Source: Candidatus Woesearchaeota archaeon
GTDB lineage: Archaea > Nanobdellota > Nanobdellia > Woesearchaeales > 0-14-0-80-44-23
DNA length: 64,000 nucleotides
Direction: 5' to 3'
Assembly (NCBI GenBank): GCA_038874135.1
Contig: JAVZCZ010000001.1
Coordinates: forward strand, 672,001 to 736,000
Shown here: positions 39,203 through 48,545 of the stretch, piece by piece
How positions within the stretch are numbered: the stretch's first letter is position 1
Layout of the letters: every line of letters begins with the position of its first letter
Made by a program: the position numbers and the translations under genes
The notes under the pieces: generated by a model
Told to the model about the DNA's origin: nothing
Databases searched by the model: none
Seen by the model: only the letters and a program-made list of their open reading frames with translations

Positions 39203-39217
39203 GACATGTCCCGGACA
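39168..39217. repeat. Iteron-like array 1: TGTCCC at 39168, 39179, 39189 and 39207; full TGTCCCGGACA at 39168-39178 and 39207-39217
   Basis: Read directly; spans the AK6 stop codon and the convergent intergenic gap. Confidence 0.9.
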
Positions 39218-39265
39218 AATTAGGGATATCTACCTTAACTATCTTTGATAAAGATTTTTTAACTA

Positions 39266-40000
39266 TCACCTTCCGGAGATCAGTAGTTTGGTCTTTGCCG
39301 CAAGATAAAATCCTTTTTCCCTATTGCCTATTTGTCGGTCTAATATTTCAATTCCTTTTTTTCTGAGCTCACAGATGATGTTTCGAATGCTTTTTTCACT
39401 TCTTCCGACGAGTTTTGCTATTTCAGAATAGCTTATTGGTTTTTCAGTATAATGTAAAACTTTCAAAACTTCTAATTCGCCTGCTGTGAACCTGAATGTT
39501 TTTAAAGAATCTTCTGAGGCTAAAGGCATTTCAACACTTCTTTCTTTTAATTCCTTCCTAACTTTTTCTATTTTTTGAAAATTTTTTTCATTCTGTAAAG
39601 TGTCCCGGACATGTCCCGGACATGTCCCATTATCTGTCCCTGATTTTTCTGCCTCCTCGCGAACTTCTTTTAACTCTCTTTCTAATTCCTGAACCTTCCT
39701 TGAGAGTTCTGTTAGAATCTCGGCATTTTTTTCTAAGGTGCTAATCAGTTTTTCCTGCTCATTTTTTAATTCACTAATTTCTAGGCTTCTGGAATTGAGC
39801 TCTCTCCTGAAAAGTGAATGTTCTTCTTTGTTATTCAGGTGTTCCTGTGCAAAATACCTTATCCAAAGCCCAACCTTTTCTATATCCCCCCTAAGCCTTG
39901 AAAAGGAGAGCGAAATGCTTGATTCTATTGATTCTAAACTTCTACTCTTTTTCTCAGAATCCTCACTTTTTCCAATAAAAAACCTGGAAAGCCACCCCAT
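39266..40000 (-). CDS. Coiled-coil protein with C-terminal winged HTH (244 aa) carrying an intragenic repeat array
   Basis: Start MGWLSRFF at 40000, with a TATA ~25 nt upstream. Heptad region EISELKNEQEKL...LERELKEVRE, then FTAGELEVLKVL...ISYSEIAKLVGRSEKSIRNIICELRKKG...KGFYL. Confidence 0.85.
   Translation of the reverse strand: MGWLSRFFIGKSEDSEKKSRSLESIESSISLSFSRLRGDIEKVGLWIRYFAQEHLNNKEEHSLFRRELNSRSLEISELKNEQEKLISTLEKNAEILTELSRKVQELERELKEVREEAEKSGTDNGTCPGHVRDTLQNEKNFQKIEKVRKELKERSVEMPLASEDSLKTFRFTAGELEVLKVLHYTEKPISYSEIAKLVGRSEKSIRNIICELRKKGIEILDRQIGNREKGFYLAAKTKLLISGR
39601..39640. repeat. Iteron-like array 2: TGTCCCGGACA x2 + TGTCCC + ATTATC + TGTCCC, inside the wHTH gene linker
   Basis: Units at 39601-39611, 39612-39622, 39623-39628 and 39635-39640; encodes GTDNGTCPGHVRDT. 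Confidence 0.92.
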
Positions 40001-40123
40001 CTTGAAACTTTTAGTGCACTGGTTATATAAAAAGTTTGTTCTTGAAAAGTGAGTTTTAAGTTTATTAAGCAAGGCTTTACTGCTCAGAAAACCTTTTTAT
40101 ATTGCACCTACTTCAGATTAAAC

Positions 40124-41254
40124 ATGAATTTTCAGGCTATTCCAGAGTTGAAAGAGAAGAAGCTGGTCTCTTTTGAGATCTACTTCCTTTTAAAAGAACT
40201 CAAACTTTTAGAAGGTGCGCGGCTTCAACGCGTATACCAACCTTCTGAGAAGGACTTCCTGCTTGATTTTCATATTCCCTCTACAGGCAGGCGCTATCTC
40301 AGGATAATCCTGCCTAATTTGGCATTTCTAAGCCAAAATAAGCCGCAAATGCCCGCTAACATTATGCGGATGTGCGCCCTTCTGAGAAAACACTTAGAAG
40401 GGGCATTTCTCACAAAAATAGCGCAGGTTGGCATGGAAAGAATAGTCCAACTGGATTTCAGAGTGAAAAGTGAGTCTTATTCTCTATTCTTAGAACTTTT
40501 CAGCAGGGGAAATCTCATACTTTGCGATTCCAAGCTTAACATCTTAGGAGTTGTAGAAGAGCAGGAGTGGAGCTCAAGGAGAATTGCTCCAGGCCTAAAA
40601 TATGAGCTTCCACCCAAGAGTATAAACCCGCTTGAATTGTCAACAGAATCATTTAAGAGCCTTGCCTCATCTTTAGACAAGAGCGTAGTGCAGTTTATAG
40701 CCACGCAGCTTTCTATGGGAGGAGTATACGCTGAAGAAATCTGTCTGAGAAGCGGGATAGACAAAAATTTCAAAGCAGCAGCTCTCTCTGAAGATGAAAT
40801 TGAGAATATTTTGACCGCAATAAAAAACTTATTCGCAGAAAAACCAAGCCCAAGCATAATTTTTTATTCTGAAAAAATAGTGGATGTAACTCCCATACAG
40901 CTTAGACGCTACTCAGAACTTAGAACTCAAACTTTTGAGACATTCAGTTCTGCCATAGAAAACGCAGTGTCTGCTCTCTCAAATGCAGAAAGTCCAAAAA
41001 TTCAACATCTAAATAGAATAGTTGAAGAGCAGCAGAAGGCATTTGCTGATTTAACTAAAAAGGCTGAGCTGGCTGAAAAGAAGGCAGCAGCAATCTACTC
41101 CCATTATAATGAGATACAGAAAGTTCTAAACTTCCTTAGGGAAGAGCTGCATAGGAGCTCAATCTCAGAAGCGTTTGATAAATTGCAAAGTTTTAAAAAT
41201 ATAAAATCAGTAAACAAGAAGGAACGTAAGATCACATTTGAGTTTGAAGAATAG
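40124..41254 (+). CDS. NFACT/RqcH (NEMF-like) ribosome quality-control protein, short form
   Basis: GARLQRVYQ, LRKHLEGAFL...QVGMERIV, ELFSRGNLILCD, GGVYAEEICLRSG. Start taken at MNFQ. Confidence 0.88.
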   Translation: MNFQAIPELKEKKLVSFEIYFLLKELKLLEGARLQRVYQPSEKDFLLDFHIPSTGRRYLRIILPNLAFLSQNKPQMPANIMRMCALLRKHLEGAFLTKIAQVGMERIVQLDFRVKSESYSLFLELFSRGNLILCDSKLNILGVVEEQEWSSRRIAPGLKYELPPKSINPLELSTESFKSLASSLDKSVVQFIATQLSMGGVYAEEICLRSGIDKNFKAAALSEDEIENILTAIKNLFAEKPSPSIIFYSEKIVDVTPIQLRRYSELRTQTFETFSSAIENAVSALSNAESPKIQHLNRIVEEQQKAFADLTKKAELAEKKAAAIYSHYNEIQKVLNFLREELHRSSISEAFDKLQSFKNIKSVNKKERKITFEFEE

Positions 41255-42082
41255 ATGAAGTACAAAATGGAAGCAGAACCTAAGAACTTTTCAGTGAAGC
41301 CCAGCCCCTTTCTTTCACTGGCGTCAGCAATTTCAAAACTTGTCCTATTTTCAGCTATATGCTGGTTCTTTCTCATGATATTCAAATATTCTGCGGGTGA
41401 GGATACAATCTCAATGCTGCTTGAAACTTTCTCTCTTGATTTGAACCTCATCCGCACAACCGTTCTTCAACTATTTGTAGTCGCCTCTGTAATTTACATA
41501 GTCTATTCTGTGCTATCTGTGAATCAGATAAGTCTAGAAATAGGACGGGGCGTTCTGATCTATAAGCGAGGAATTCTTTTGGTGAAAAAGGATGTTGTTA
41601 GCAGCGATAATGTCGTGAGAATATACTCAGATAGCTCAAAGTTTTCAAGCATGGGAAAGCTCATACTGGAACTATCCGGACAGCTTCCCTTTATAGAGAT
41701 CCCATTTGTGCCCATGGTGAATAAGAAAGTGGAGCTCATTAAGCAGAAGATTTCAGAAGCGCAGGCAGAAGAGCTTGCTCGCAGGATATATGACATAGGG
41801 CGCGGCCAGATCGGCATTGAAATCGCACAGAAGATAAGCCGACTGATTTCTGTTCAGCAGGCATCTAAAGAAAGCATAGTTTCAGAGATAAAAAACATTT
41901 CAAGTCAGCAGAAGCTCGACAAAGACGTTTTTGAAGTTATCTTCTCTTATATGTTGAAGACTCACAGGATAACTAAGGACGAAGTGAAGGAGATTCTGTC
42001 AGAACTTATGAGGAGCGGCGTAATCTCACAGCAGGACGCCTCCGTGGTGCTTTTCAAGATCAATAATCTTCTAACCCCCTGA
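41255..42082 (+). CDS. Two-TM membrane protein with a bacterial-PH-like domain and a helical C-terminus
   Basis: Two TM helices, then LIYKRGILL...MGKLILE (bPH-like pattern). Confidence 0.55.
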   Translation: MKYKMEAEPKNFSVKPSPFLSLASAISKLVLFSAICWFFLMIFKYSAGEDTISMLLETFSLDLNLIRTTVLQLFVVASVIYIVYSVLSVNQISLEIGRGVLIYKRGILLVKKDVVSSDNVVRIYSDSSKFSSMGKLILELSGQLPFIEIPFVPMVNKKVELIKQKISEAQAEELARRIYDIGRGQIGIEIAQKISRLISVQQASKESIVSEIKNISSQQKLDKDVFEVIFSYMLKTHRITKDEVKEILSELMRSGVISQQDASVVLFKINNLLTP

Positions 42083-42640
42083 GCTTTTTTCTTTTTCCAG
42101 CTTCTCGTATAACATCACAAAGGTATCTGGCGAAACTTTAAGTCCAGCATTTATTATCAATCTAGCCAGAATTCTTCCGAGTTCCGGCTCGGATGTAAAC
42201 TCATTTCCCTCCTGAGATTCCTGTTTAAATCTTAATGCAGTTAGTAATTCCGTAATGGTCTGCTTGCAGATAAATCCCTCATTCGCCTTGAGAACGCATT
42301 CAGCCTCTCTCTTAGAACCCTTTCTTACAGTAAATCTCACTTTTTCTTCTGACAATTCTGCTTGAAGTGTTGTTTTTTTATCAACATCTTTTATGAAAAA
42401 CCCTTCTCTCTCCTCTGAAAAACCGCAGGCGAGAAGCTCCTCTGCAGTTATTTTAAGAATTGCCTTCTTAAAAGTTGTTTCATCACTAATTGTAAGGCTA
42501 GGCTCATAGTTTCTTTGAACATCAAACACCTTCCCGAGGTATTCTGAAACAGATTGTCTTGGACCATCTTTTGTCCATTTCTCACTTACCAAATAGGCAT
42601 ACCTATGCCTTCCATGCCCTTTAACCCTTATAAACGCCAT
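42071..42640 (-). CDS. Hypothetical protein; N-terminus resembles the beta-sheet DNA-binding start of IS1634/IS4-type transposases
   Basis: MAFIRVKGHGRHRYAYLVSEKWTKDGPRQSVSEYLGKV; no DDE domain. Confidence 0.6.
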   Translation of the reverse strand: MAFIRVKGHGRHRYAYLVSEKWTKDGPRQSVSEYLGKVFDVQRNYEPSLTISDETTFKKAILKITAEELLACGFSEEREGFFIKDVDKKTTLQAELSEEKVRFTVRKGSKREAECVLKANEGFICKQTITELLTALRFKQESQEGNEFTSEPELGRILARLIINAGLKVSPDTFVMLYEKLEKEKSSGG

Positions 42641-42730
42641 CCCAAAAAGTTATTTTTGGGCACTATGTTATAAATCTTTTGAAAAAGTGAGAGTTAAACT
42701 CATTTTAAAAATCCAACTCGAATAAATAAG

Positions 42731-42745
42731 CGAAAGATTTAAATA
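42731..42745 (+). promoter_or_regulatory. BRE/TATA promoter of the 5S rRNA gene
   Basis: CGAAAGATTTAAATA ~25 nt upstream of the 5S helix I. Confidence 0.7.
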
Positions 42746-42767
42746 GTGGAACTCTGCTGCTCCATCT

Positions 42768-42882
42768 CAGACGGCCAGAGTGGCCTGGTCCTACCCGATC
42801 CCATTCCGAACTCGGAAGTCAAGCAGGCCTACGTTCTGCGCGGTACTGCTCTCCAGAGCGGGAAATGCAGAAAGCCGTCGCC
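42768..42882 (+). rRNA. rrf: 5S rRNA (stand-alone)
   Basis: Conserved CCCGATCCCATTCCGAACTCGGAAGTCAAG core, GTACTG...GGGAAA, terminal helix GACGGC/GCCGTC and a downstream T-tract. Ends are approximate. Confidence 0.93.
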
Positions 42883-42945
42883 CCTTTTTAATTCCGCTTT
42901 CATTAATTCCTAAATTCCCATTCTGAGAACTCTAAAATTCAAACC

Positions 42946-43848
42946 CTAAAGCTGGAGCTCCTTTAAGAACTGTTTAAGCTGAGGGCCAACATCTTCTCTT
43001 TCTAAAGCATATTTTATGACTGCTTTCAGATATGAAATTTTGTCTCCGACTGTGAGCCACTCCCCATCTATCTTATAGGCGTAGGCGCCTCTCTTTTTTG
43101 CAATAAAGCTGAGCGCATCAGTCAGGTTTATCTCCATATTAACTCCGGGCTTGGTTTTCTCCAGAACTTCAAATATGTCAGGCGTAAGTATGTATCTTCC
43201 AAGTATTGCCAGGTTGGAAGGAGCTTCTTCCCTCTTCGGCTTTTCAACCATCTCCTCAATTCTGAGAAGGCCGCCTTCCTTTTTTACCTTTACAACTCCG
43301 TATTTTGAAACCTCACTCATCTCTACAGGGGAAACAGCCACTACAGGGGCTTTTACCCTTGCGAATATTTGTATCATCTTCTTCATACACGGCTCCCTGC
43401 TTCTTACAAGGTCATCGCCTAAGAATACTGCAAAGGGCTCATCTCCTATGTGCTCCCTGGCTTTAAGCACTGCATGCCCAAGCCCAAGGGGGCTGCCCTG
43501 TCTTATGTAGTGAATGTTTGCCATACTGCTTATCTTTTCCATCTCTCTTATAAGCTCAGAGTTTCCCTTCTTACTCAGCTCTGCTTCCAGCTCGTAGCTC
43601 CTGTCAAAATGGTCTTCAATCGCCCTCTTGCCCCTCCCAGTGATTATGATTATATCCCTTATTCCAGAGGCGACCGCCTCCTCTATTATGTACTGTATTG
43701 CCGGCTTGTCAACTACTGGCATCATCTCCTTCGGCATGGCCTTTGTTGCAGGCAGGAATCTTGTGCCAAGCCCAGCTGCAGGTATGACGGCTTTTTTTAT
43801 CTTTAACTCACCACTTCTTTGCAGCTTTCCCATTAGTAAGTTCAGCAT
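42946..43848 (-). CDS. galU: UTP-glucose-1-phosphate uridylyltransferase
   Basis: KAVIPAAGLGTRFLPATKAMPKEM, PLGLGHAV, MVEKP. Confidence 0.96.
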   Translation of the reverse strand: MLNLLMGKLQRSGELKIKKAVIPAAGLGTRFLPATKAMPKEMMPVVDKPAIQYIIEEAVASGIRDIIIITGRGKRAIEDHFDRSYELEAELSKKGNSELIREMEKISSMANIHYIRQGSPLGLGHAVLKAREHIGDEPFAVFLGDDLVRSREPCMKKMIQIFARVKAPVVAVSPVEMSEVSKYGVVKVKKEGGLLRIEEMVEKPKREEAPSNLAILGRYILTPDIFEVLEKTKPGVNMEINLTDALSFIAKKRGAYAYKIDGEWLTVGDKISYLKAVIKYALEREDVGPQLKQFLKELQL

Positions 43849-43896
43849 TTTACAAGCCTACTGTAATGCTTTAAATTGGCTATTTAAATCTTCTCC

Positions 43897-45180
43897 CTAC
43901 CAACTCAGCCCAATGTAGTGTTTAGGCCTGTTTGAGCTGGCTCCGAAAAGGTTTTTGCAGTCAATTACCCGCTTTGTTCCAAAATTAAGCTTTCTGAATT
44001 CTTCCCACTCTGTAAGTATTAGAATCGCATCTGAATTTTTGATAACCTCCTCAGAATTTCTTGCAAAAGTGACACTTTTACTCTTTAAGAGCCTTCTCGC
44101 ATTTTCAATTCCTAAGGGGTCGTAGGCTTTTACAATTATGCCTTTTTTCAGCAGGGCATTTATAACTCTTAATGCAGGGCTCTCTCTTATATCGTCAGTT
44201 CCAGCCTTAAAAGTCAGTCCTAGCACGCCGAGCTTGACACCCCCTTTCAGCAGCCTTTCTCCTTTTAATATTTTTAAAAGCATTTTAATCTGAGTGTTAT
44301 TAACTTCTAAAACTGAGCTCAGCAGCTTTGGACTGACACCATTTTTCTCAGCATGCTTTATTATTGTTTTCAAGTCCTTTGGAAGGCAGCTTCCTCCAAA
44401 CCCTATGCCCGGGCTTAAAAAGCTGGGGCCTATTCTCGGGTCAAGCCCCATGATTCTTGCCACAGTGTTAGTGTCAGCGCCACTCTTCTTGCATATGTTT
44501 CCAATCTCATTTATGAAAGAGATCTTAGCTGCAAGGAAAGCGTTTGAAGCATACTTTCCCATCTCAGCATCTCTGAAGCTGCACTCTATTACTGGGCACT
44601 CCGTCCAGGAGTAGAGCTTCCTAGCCGCCCTTCTTGAATTCAGGTCAGAACTTCCTATAACTATTCTAGAAGGCTTGAAGAAGTCCAGCATGGCCCTTCC
44701 TTCTCTTAAAAATTCAGGATTCATTACAACTCCGAAGTCCTTCCCAAAACTCTTTTTAGACTCCTTTTCTAAAGTCTTAACTATCATCTCGCTAGTTCCC
44801 GGAGGTACAGTGCTCTTTATTATTATGAGATGCTTTCCCTTCTTCTCTGCAAGAGCCCTCCCAATCTGCGAGGCGCTTTCAAAAATATTTTTAAGAGAGA
44901 TTGTTCCATTCTTCCTTATTGGCGTGTTTACGCATATGAATGTAACTGAAGAAGAGAGTACTGCCTCTTTTACATCTGAGGTCGCTCTTAGCCTCTCTGG
45001 CACTAACTTTTTGAGAATTTCATCCAGGTGTTCTTCCCTTATCGGAGCTATTCCATTATTTATCATGGCAACTTTTTCTCTGTCTATGTCAGCGCAAACA
45101 ACCTCATGCCCTAATGCTGAGAATGCTGCAGCGGTTACAAGCCCTACATAGCCACTTCCAACTACTGAGATTTTCGCCAC
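43897..45180 (-). CDS. ugd: UDP-glucose 6-dehydrogenase
   Basis: GSGYVG, MNPEFLREG, GFGGSCLPKD, FKAGTDDIRESP. Confidence 0.95.
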   Translation of the reverse strand: MAKISVVGSGYVGLVTAAAFSALGHEVVCADIDREKVAMINNGIAPIREEHLDEILKKLVPERLRATSDVKEAVLSSSVTFICVNTPIRKNGTISLKNIFESASQIGRALAEKKGKHLIIIKSTVPPGTSEMIVKTLEKESKKSFGKDFGVVMNPEFLREGRAMLDFFKPSRIVIGSSDLNSRRAARKLYSWTECPVIECSFRDAEMGKYASNAFLAAKISFINEIGNICKKSGADTNTVARIMGLDPRIGPSFLSPGIGFGGSCLPKDLKTIIKHAEKNGVSPKLLSSVLEVNNTQIKMLLKILKGERLLKGGVKLGVLGLTFKAGTDDIRESPALRVINALLKKGIIVKAYDPLGIENARRLLKSKSVTFARNSEEVIKNSDAILILTEWEEFRKLNFGTKRVIDCKNLFGASSNRPKHYIGLSW

Positions 45181-45274
45181 AGAAGCACTATTCTATCAAT
45201 CCATTTTTAAATCTTCTTTTTTTACTTTCTAATTTTTAGTTAGTTTTTTATAATTCTTCTATTTCAATTTCATT

Positions 45275-46357
45275 ATGCGTGGTAAGATCAAATACTCTTT
45301 TGTACTTCCCTGCCGAAATGAAGAGCTCTCAGTAGCAGAATGCATAAGAAAAATTAAGAAAACAGCGCAGGGCTTACCTTACGAGATAATAGTTGTAGAT
45401 AATGCTTCTACAGATGATTCAGCCAGAATTGCCAAAAAGGAAGGTGCTAGAGTAATTAAAGAGCCAAGGATAGGCTACGGATCTGCTGTTCTGAAAGGGA
45501 TAAATGTTGCTCGCGGAGAAATAATAATAATGGGAGATTCTGACGGCACCTACGACTTTTCAGAGTTCAAAAGGCTTGTAGAAAAGCTTTCAGATTCCGA
45601 CATAGTGCTCGGCTCAAGAATGCGAGGCTCAATAAAAGAAGGTGCAATGCCCTTCATAAACAGGTACATAGGAAACCCGATGCTTAGAGGCACACTCAAC
45701 CTCTTCTTCAGAGCACACATCTCAGACCCACAGACCGGCTTTAGGGCTTTCAGAAAATCAACAATAAAAAAATTGGACCTCAAAACAACAGGGATGGAGT
45801 TCGCATCTGAAATGCTAATAAACGCGCTTACAAGGGGGCTCAAGATCTCAGAAGTTCCAATAACATACTATCCTAGAAGATCATCCTCAAAACTAAGACC
45901 ACTCTCAGATGGGTGGCGCCATTTAAGATTCCTTCTAATGTATAGTCCAACATACCTCTTCATAATCCCGGGAGCAATAATAATGCTTATAGGAATATCA
46001 TTATTAATTTTATACTTACTTTTCAACTCGCCAATATCTACAGGAATCTTGGGCTCAATGCTTGCAATACTCGGATATCAGATAATTGGCACAGGATTAT
46101 ACGCTAGAACTTATTCAATTGTTAACGGCTTCACACCACACGACCCAATCATAGACACTTTAGCCCGACATTTTCCTCTAGAGCGTACCCTTCTTATAGG
46201 GTTTTTAACCTTCATTGTTTCAGTATTTGGAGGGCTAATAACTGCTAAGCAAAATGTTAAGAGCATACCCCTAATAGCATTAACATTCCTCATAATCGGG
46301 CTTCAAACAATATTCTCAGGATTCTTCCTAAGCATAATGCTGGTGGAGAAGAGGTAA
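45275..46357 (+). CDS. GT2 polyprenol-phosphate glycosyltransferase with C-terminal TM helices
   Basis: VVDNASTD, GDSDGTYD, GMEFASEM, SKLRPLSDGWRHLRF. Confidence 0.9.
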   Translation: MRGKIKYSFVLPCRNEELSVAECIRKIKKTAQGLPYEIIVVDNASTDDSARIAKKEGARVIKEPRIGYGSAVLKGINVARGEIIIMGDSDGTYDFSEFKRLVEKLSDSDIVLGSRMRGSIKEGAMPFINRYIGNPMLRGTLNLFFRAHISDPQTGFRAFRKSTIKKLDLKTTGMEFASEMLINALTRGLKISEVPITYYPRRSSSKLRPLSDGWRHLRFLLMYSPTYLFIIPGAIIMLIGISLLILYLLFNSPISTGILGSMLAILGYQIIGTGLYARTYSIVNGFTPHDPIIDTLARHFPLERTLLIGFLTFIVSVFGGLITAKQNVKSIPLIALTFLIIGLQTIFSGFFLSIMLVEKR

Positions 46358-46358
46358 A

Positions 46359-47366
46359 ATGAAACGCAGCATACTCGTAACAGGAGGCGCCGGCTTCATG
46401 GGCTCCCACTTAGTTGACGAGCTCATAAGCAAGGGACACTATGTAAGAGTAGTAGACAACCTCTCAGGGGGCTATCTCTCAAATGTTAATCCCAAGGCAG
46501 AATTCATAAAGGGAGACCTTCAGAATCCAAAAGTTTGCAGGAATGCAGTTGAAGGAGTAGAAATAATCTATCACCTGGCAGCACACGCTGCAGAAGGACA
46601 GAGCATATTCTGCCCAGTCTACAACGCAAAATCAAACTACATAGGCTTCTTACAACTTTTACAAGCAGCAATAAACTCAGATGTAAAAACCTTCATACAC
46701 ACTAGCTCAATGAGCGTATATGGCAAACAGGAAAAGATGCCCATGACTGAAGAACAGCCGCACAACCCTCAAGATCCATACGCTGTTGGGAAGGCAGCAA
46801 TGGAACAACTTCTAAAGATTTATGGAGAAATCTTCGGCTTCAACTACTCAATATTAATACCTCATAATGTTTATGGAGAGCGTCAAAACCTGCAAGACCC
46901 TTACAGAAATGTGATAGCAATATTTATGAACAGGGTAATGCACGGAAAGCCCCCAATAATCTTTGGGGATGGAAACCAGACCAGGGCATTCACATATGTA
47001 AAGGACTGCACACCCTACATTGCAAAAGCAGCGTTCACCCGGGCAGCCTTTAGCCAGCGCATAAACATAGGCTCAGAAGAAGCAGTTACAATAAATGAGG
47101 TTGCAAAGATGGTTCTAGAAGAGATGGGCCGCACAGACCTAAAGCCGATACACATGCCCCCCCGCCCGATGGAAGTAAGGCACGCATACTGCTCATCGCA
47201 AAAGGCTAAAAAAATACTAAACTACAAAACAACTACGCCGCTACGCGTTGGAATAAGCAGAATGGCAAACTGGGTAAAAAAACAGGGCCCAAAGAAGTTC
47301 AAATACTGGAAGCAGCTGGAAATAACAAAAAAAGCACCAGAGGTCTGGCTGAAGAGGATGCATTAA
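46359..47366 (+). CDS. NAD-dependent epimerase/dehydratase
   Basis: VTGGAGFMGSH, YAVGK, HNVYGERQ. Confidence 0.92.
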   Translation: MKRSILVTGGAGFMGSHLVDELISKGHYVRVVDNLSGGYLSNVNPKAEFIKGDLQNPKVCRNAVEGVEIIYHLAAHAAEGQSIFCPVYNAKSNYIGFLQLLQAAINSDVKTFIHTSSMSVYGKQEKMPMTEEQPHNPQDPYAVGKAAMEQLLKIYGEIFGFNYSILIPHNVYGERQNLQDPYRNVIAIFMNRVMHGKPPIIFGDGNQTRAFTYVKDCTPYIAKAAFTRAAFSQRINIGSEEAVTINEVAKMVLEEMGRTDLKPIHMPPRPMEVRHAYCSSQKAKKILNYKTTTPLRVGISRMANWVKKQGPKKFKYWKQLEITKKAPEVWLKRMH

Positions 47367-47614
47367 CCCTGCTTCTTTTCCATTATACGAGTATCCCTTC
47401 TTACTTCCACAATGTTAAAGAACTTGATATAGGTCACAATAGGGAGCAGTAGCAGCAGAACCAATAATGAGATTAAAAAGAAAGAAAACTTGTCCGAATT
47501 CAAACGCATAATGCCAAAGACGTGCACAACTGCAAGCGAGAACACAGTAACCACTGCGAGAATATAGGTTACAAGGCCAAGAGTTTTAAGCCTTCTGCCT
47601 GCCTCAGCATCCAT
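47363..47614 (-). CDS. Small two-TM membrane protein
   Basis: Two hydrophobic segments; directly follows the upstream epimerase with a GGAGGT RBS. Confidence 0.6.
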   Translation of the reverse strand: MDAEAGRRLKTLGLVTYILAVVTVFSLAVVHVFGIMRLNSDKFSFFLISLLVLLLLLPIVTYIKFFNIVEVRRDTRIMEKKQG

Positions 47615-47618
47615 AAAA

Positions 47619-48545
47619 CTACACCTCCTTTCTAAAAAAACTTACAGTCAGCCCTATCCCGTCCTTCAGATTAACCCTGGGAGTCCAGCCCAACAGCTTC
47701 TTAGCCAGGGAATAGTCAAGCGCAATCCTCCTGACCTCGCCCTTGATGGCGGGAGCATGCACAGGCCTAACTCCTGAGCGTATGAAGCTCTCCAGAATTT
47801 CAAAAATCTCATTAACAGAAGTTTCAATGCCGCTCCCAATGTTAATTGAAACCCCGTGAATATCCCTCTCCGCAGCCAGCAGGTTTGCTAATGCAACATC
47901 CCCTACATAAACAAAATCTCTCGTCTGAGCTCCATCCCCATTAATAGTTGGAACCTCCCCGCTCAGCATCTTCTTAGCAAATATTGCAATAACACCAGCT
48001 TCGCCAAAAGGATTCTGCCTGGGCCCATAAACATTAGAATACCTTAAAGCCACATACTTCAAGCCGTGCACCCTCGCATAATATGACAAATACTGCTCTA
48101 CACAATACTTAGCAACACCGTAAGGACACAATGGCTTCACTTCAGTATTCTCATCGCAGGGAATCCTTGACGGATTTCCATAAAGAGCCCCGCCGGTACT
48201 AGAAAATATAAGCTTCTTAACCCCGTGCCTAATACAGTTCTCAATAATGTTAATTGAGCCTAAAATGTTAACATTGGCATCATAAACAGGTTCCCTTAAC
48301 GACTTTGAAACGCTAATCTGAGCTGCTAAGTGAAAAACATAATCGGGCTTCTCAGCAGAAAAAATCGTATCAATAGCATCACTCAGGATGTCAGCCCTAT
48401 AAAATTTTGCCCTGTTATCCACATTCTTCAAACTTCCCGAATCAAGATTGTCCACAACCACAACATCATAGCCGTTTTCAAGAAGAACATCCACCACGTG
48501 GCTTCCTATAAAGCCAGCGCCACCACTCACCAAAGCTTTAGGCAT
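47619..48545 (-). CDS. galE: UDP-glucose 4-epimerase-like SDR
   Basis: Start MPKALVSGGAGFIGSH; SSTGGALYG, YGVAK, NVYGPRQ. Confidence 0.88.
   Translation of the reverse strand: MPKALVSGGAGFIGSHVVDVLLENGYDVVVVDNLDSGSLKNVDNRAKFYRADILSDAIDTIFSAEKPDYVFHLAAQISVSKSLREPVYDANVNILGSINIIENCIRHGVKKLIFSSTGGALYGNPSRIPCDENTEVKPLCPYGVAKYCVEQYLSYYARVHGLKYVALRYSNVYGPRQNPFGEAGVIAIFAKKMLSGEVPTINGDGAQTRDFVYVGDVALANLLAAERDIHGVSINIGSGIETSVNEIFEILESFIRSGVRPVHAPAIKGEVRRIALDYSLAKKLLGWTPRVNLKDGIGLTVSFFRKEV

Noticed and set aside
39178-39366. 62-aa plus-strand ORF
   Set aside because: It arises from ATGs inside the repeat array, overlaps two real genes and has no recognisable features.
39168-39640. GGACATGTCC equals the p53 half-site consensus; also considered as CRISPR repeats or ORB elements
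   Set aside because: The p53 match is coincidental in an archaeon. There are no spacers, no ORB-type G-string consensus and no adjacent orc1/cdc6.
42071-42720. Intact IS element
   Set aside because: No DDE domain, terminal inverted repeats or target-site duplication is visible.
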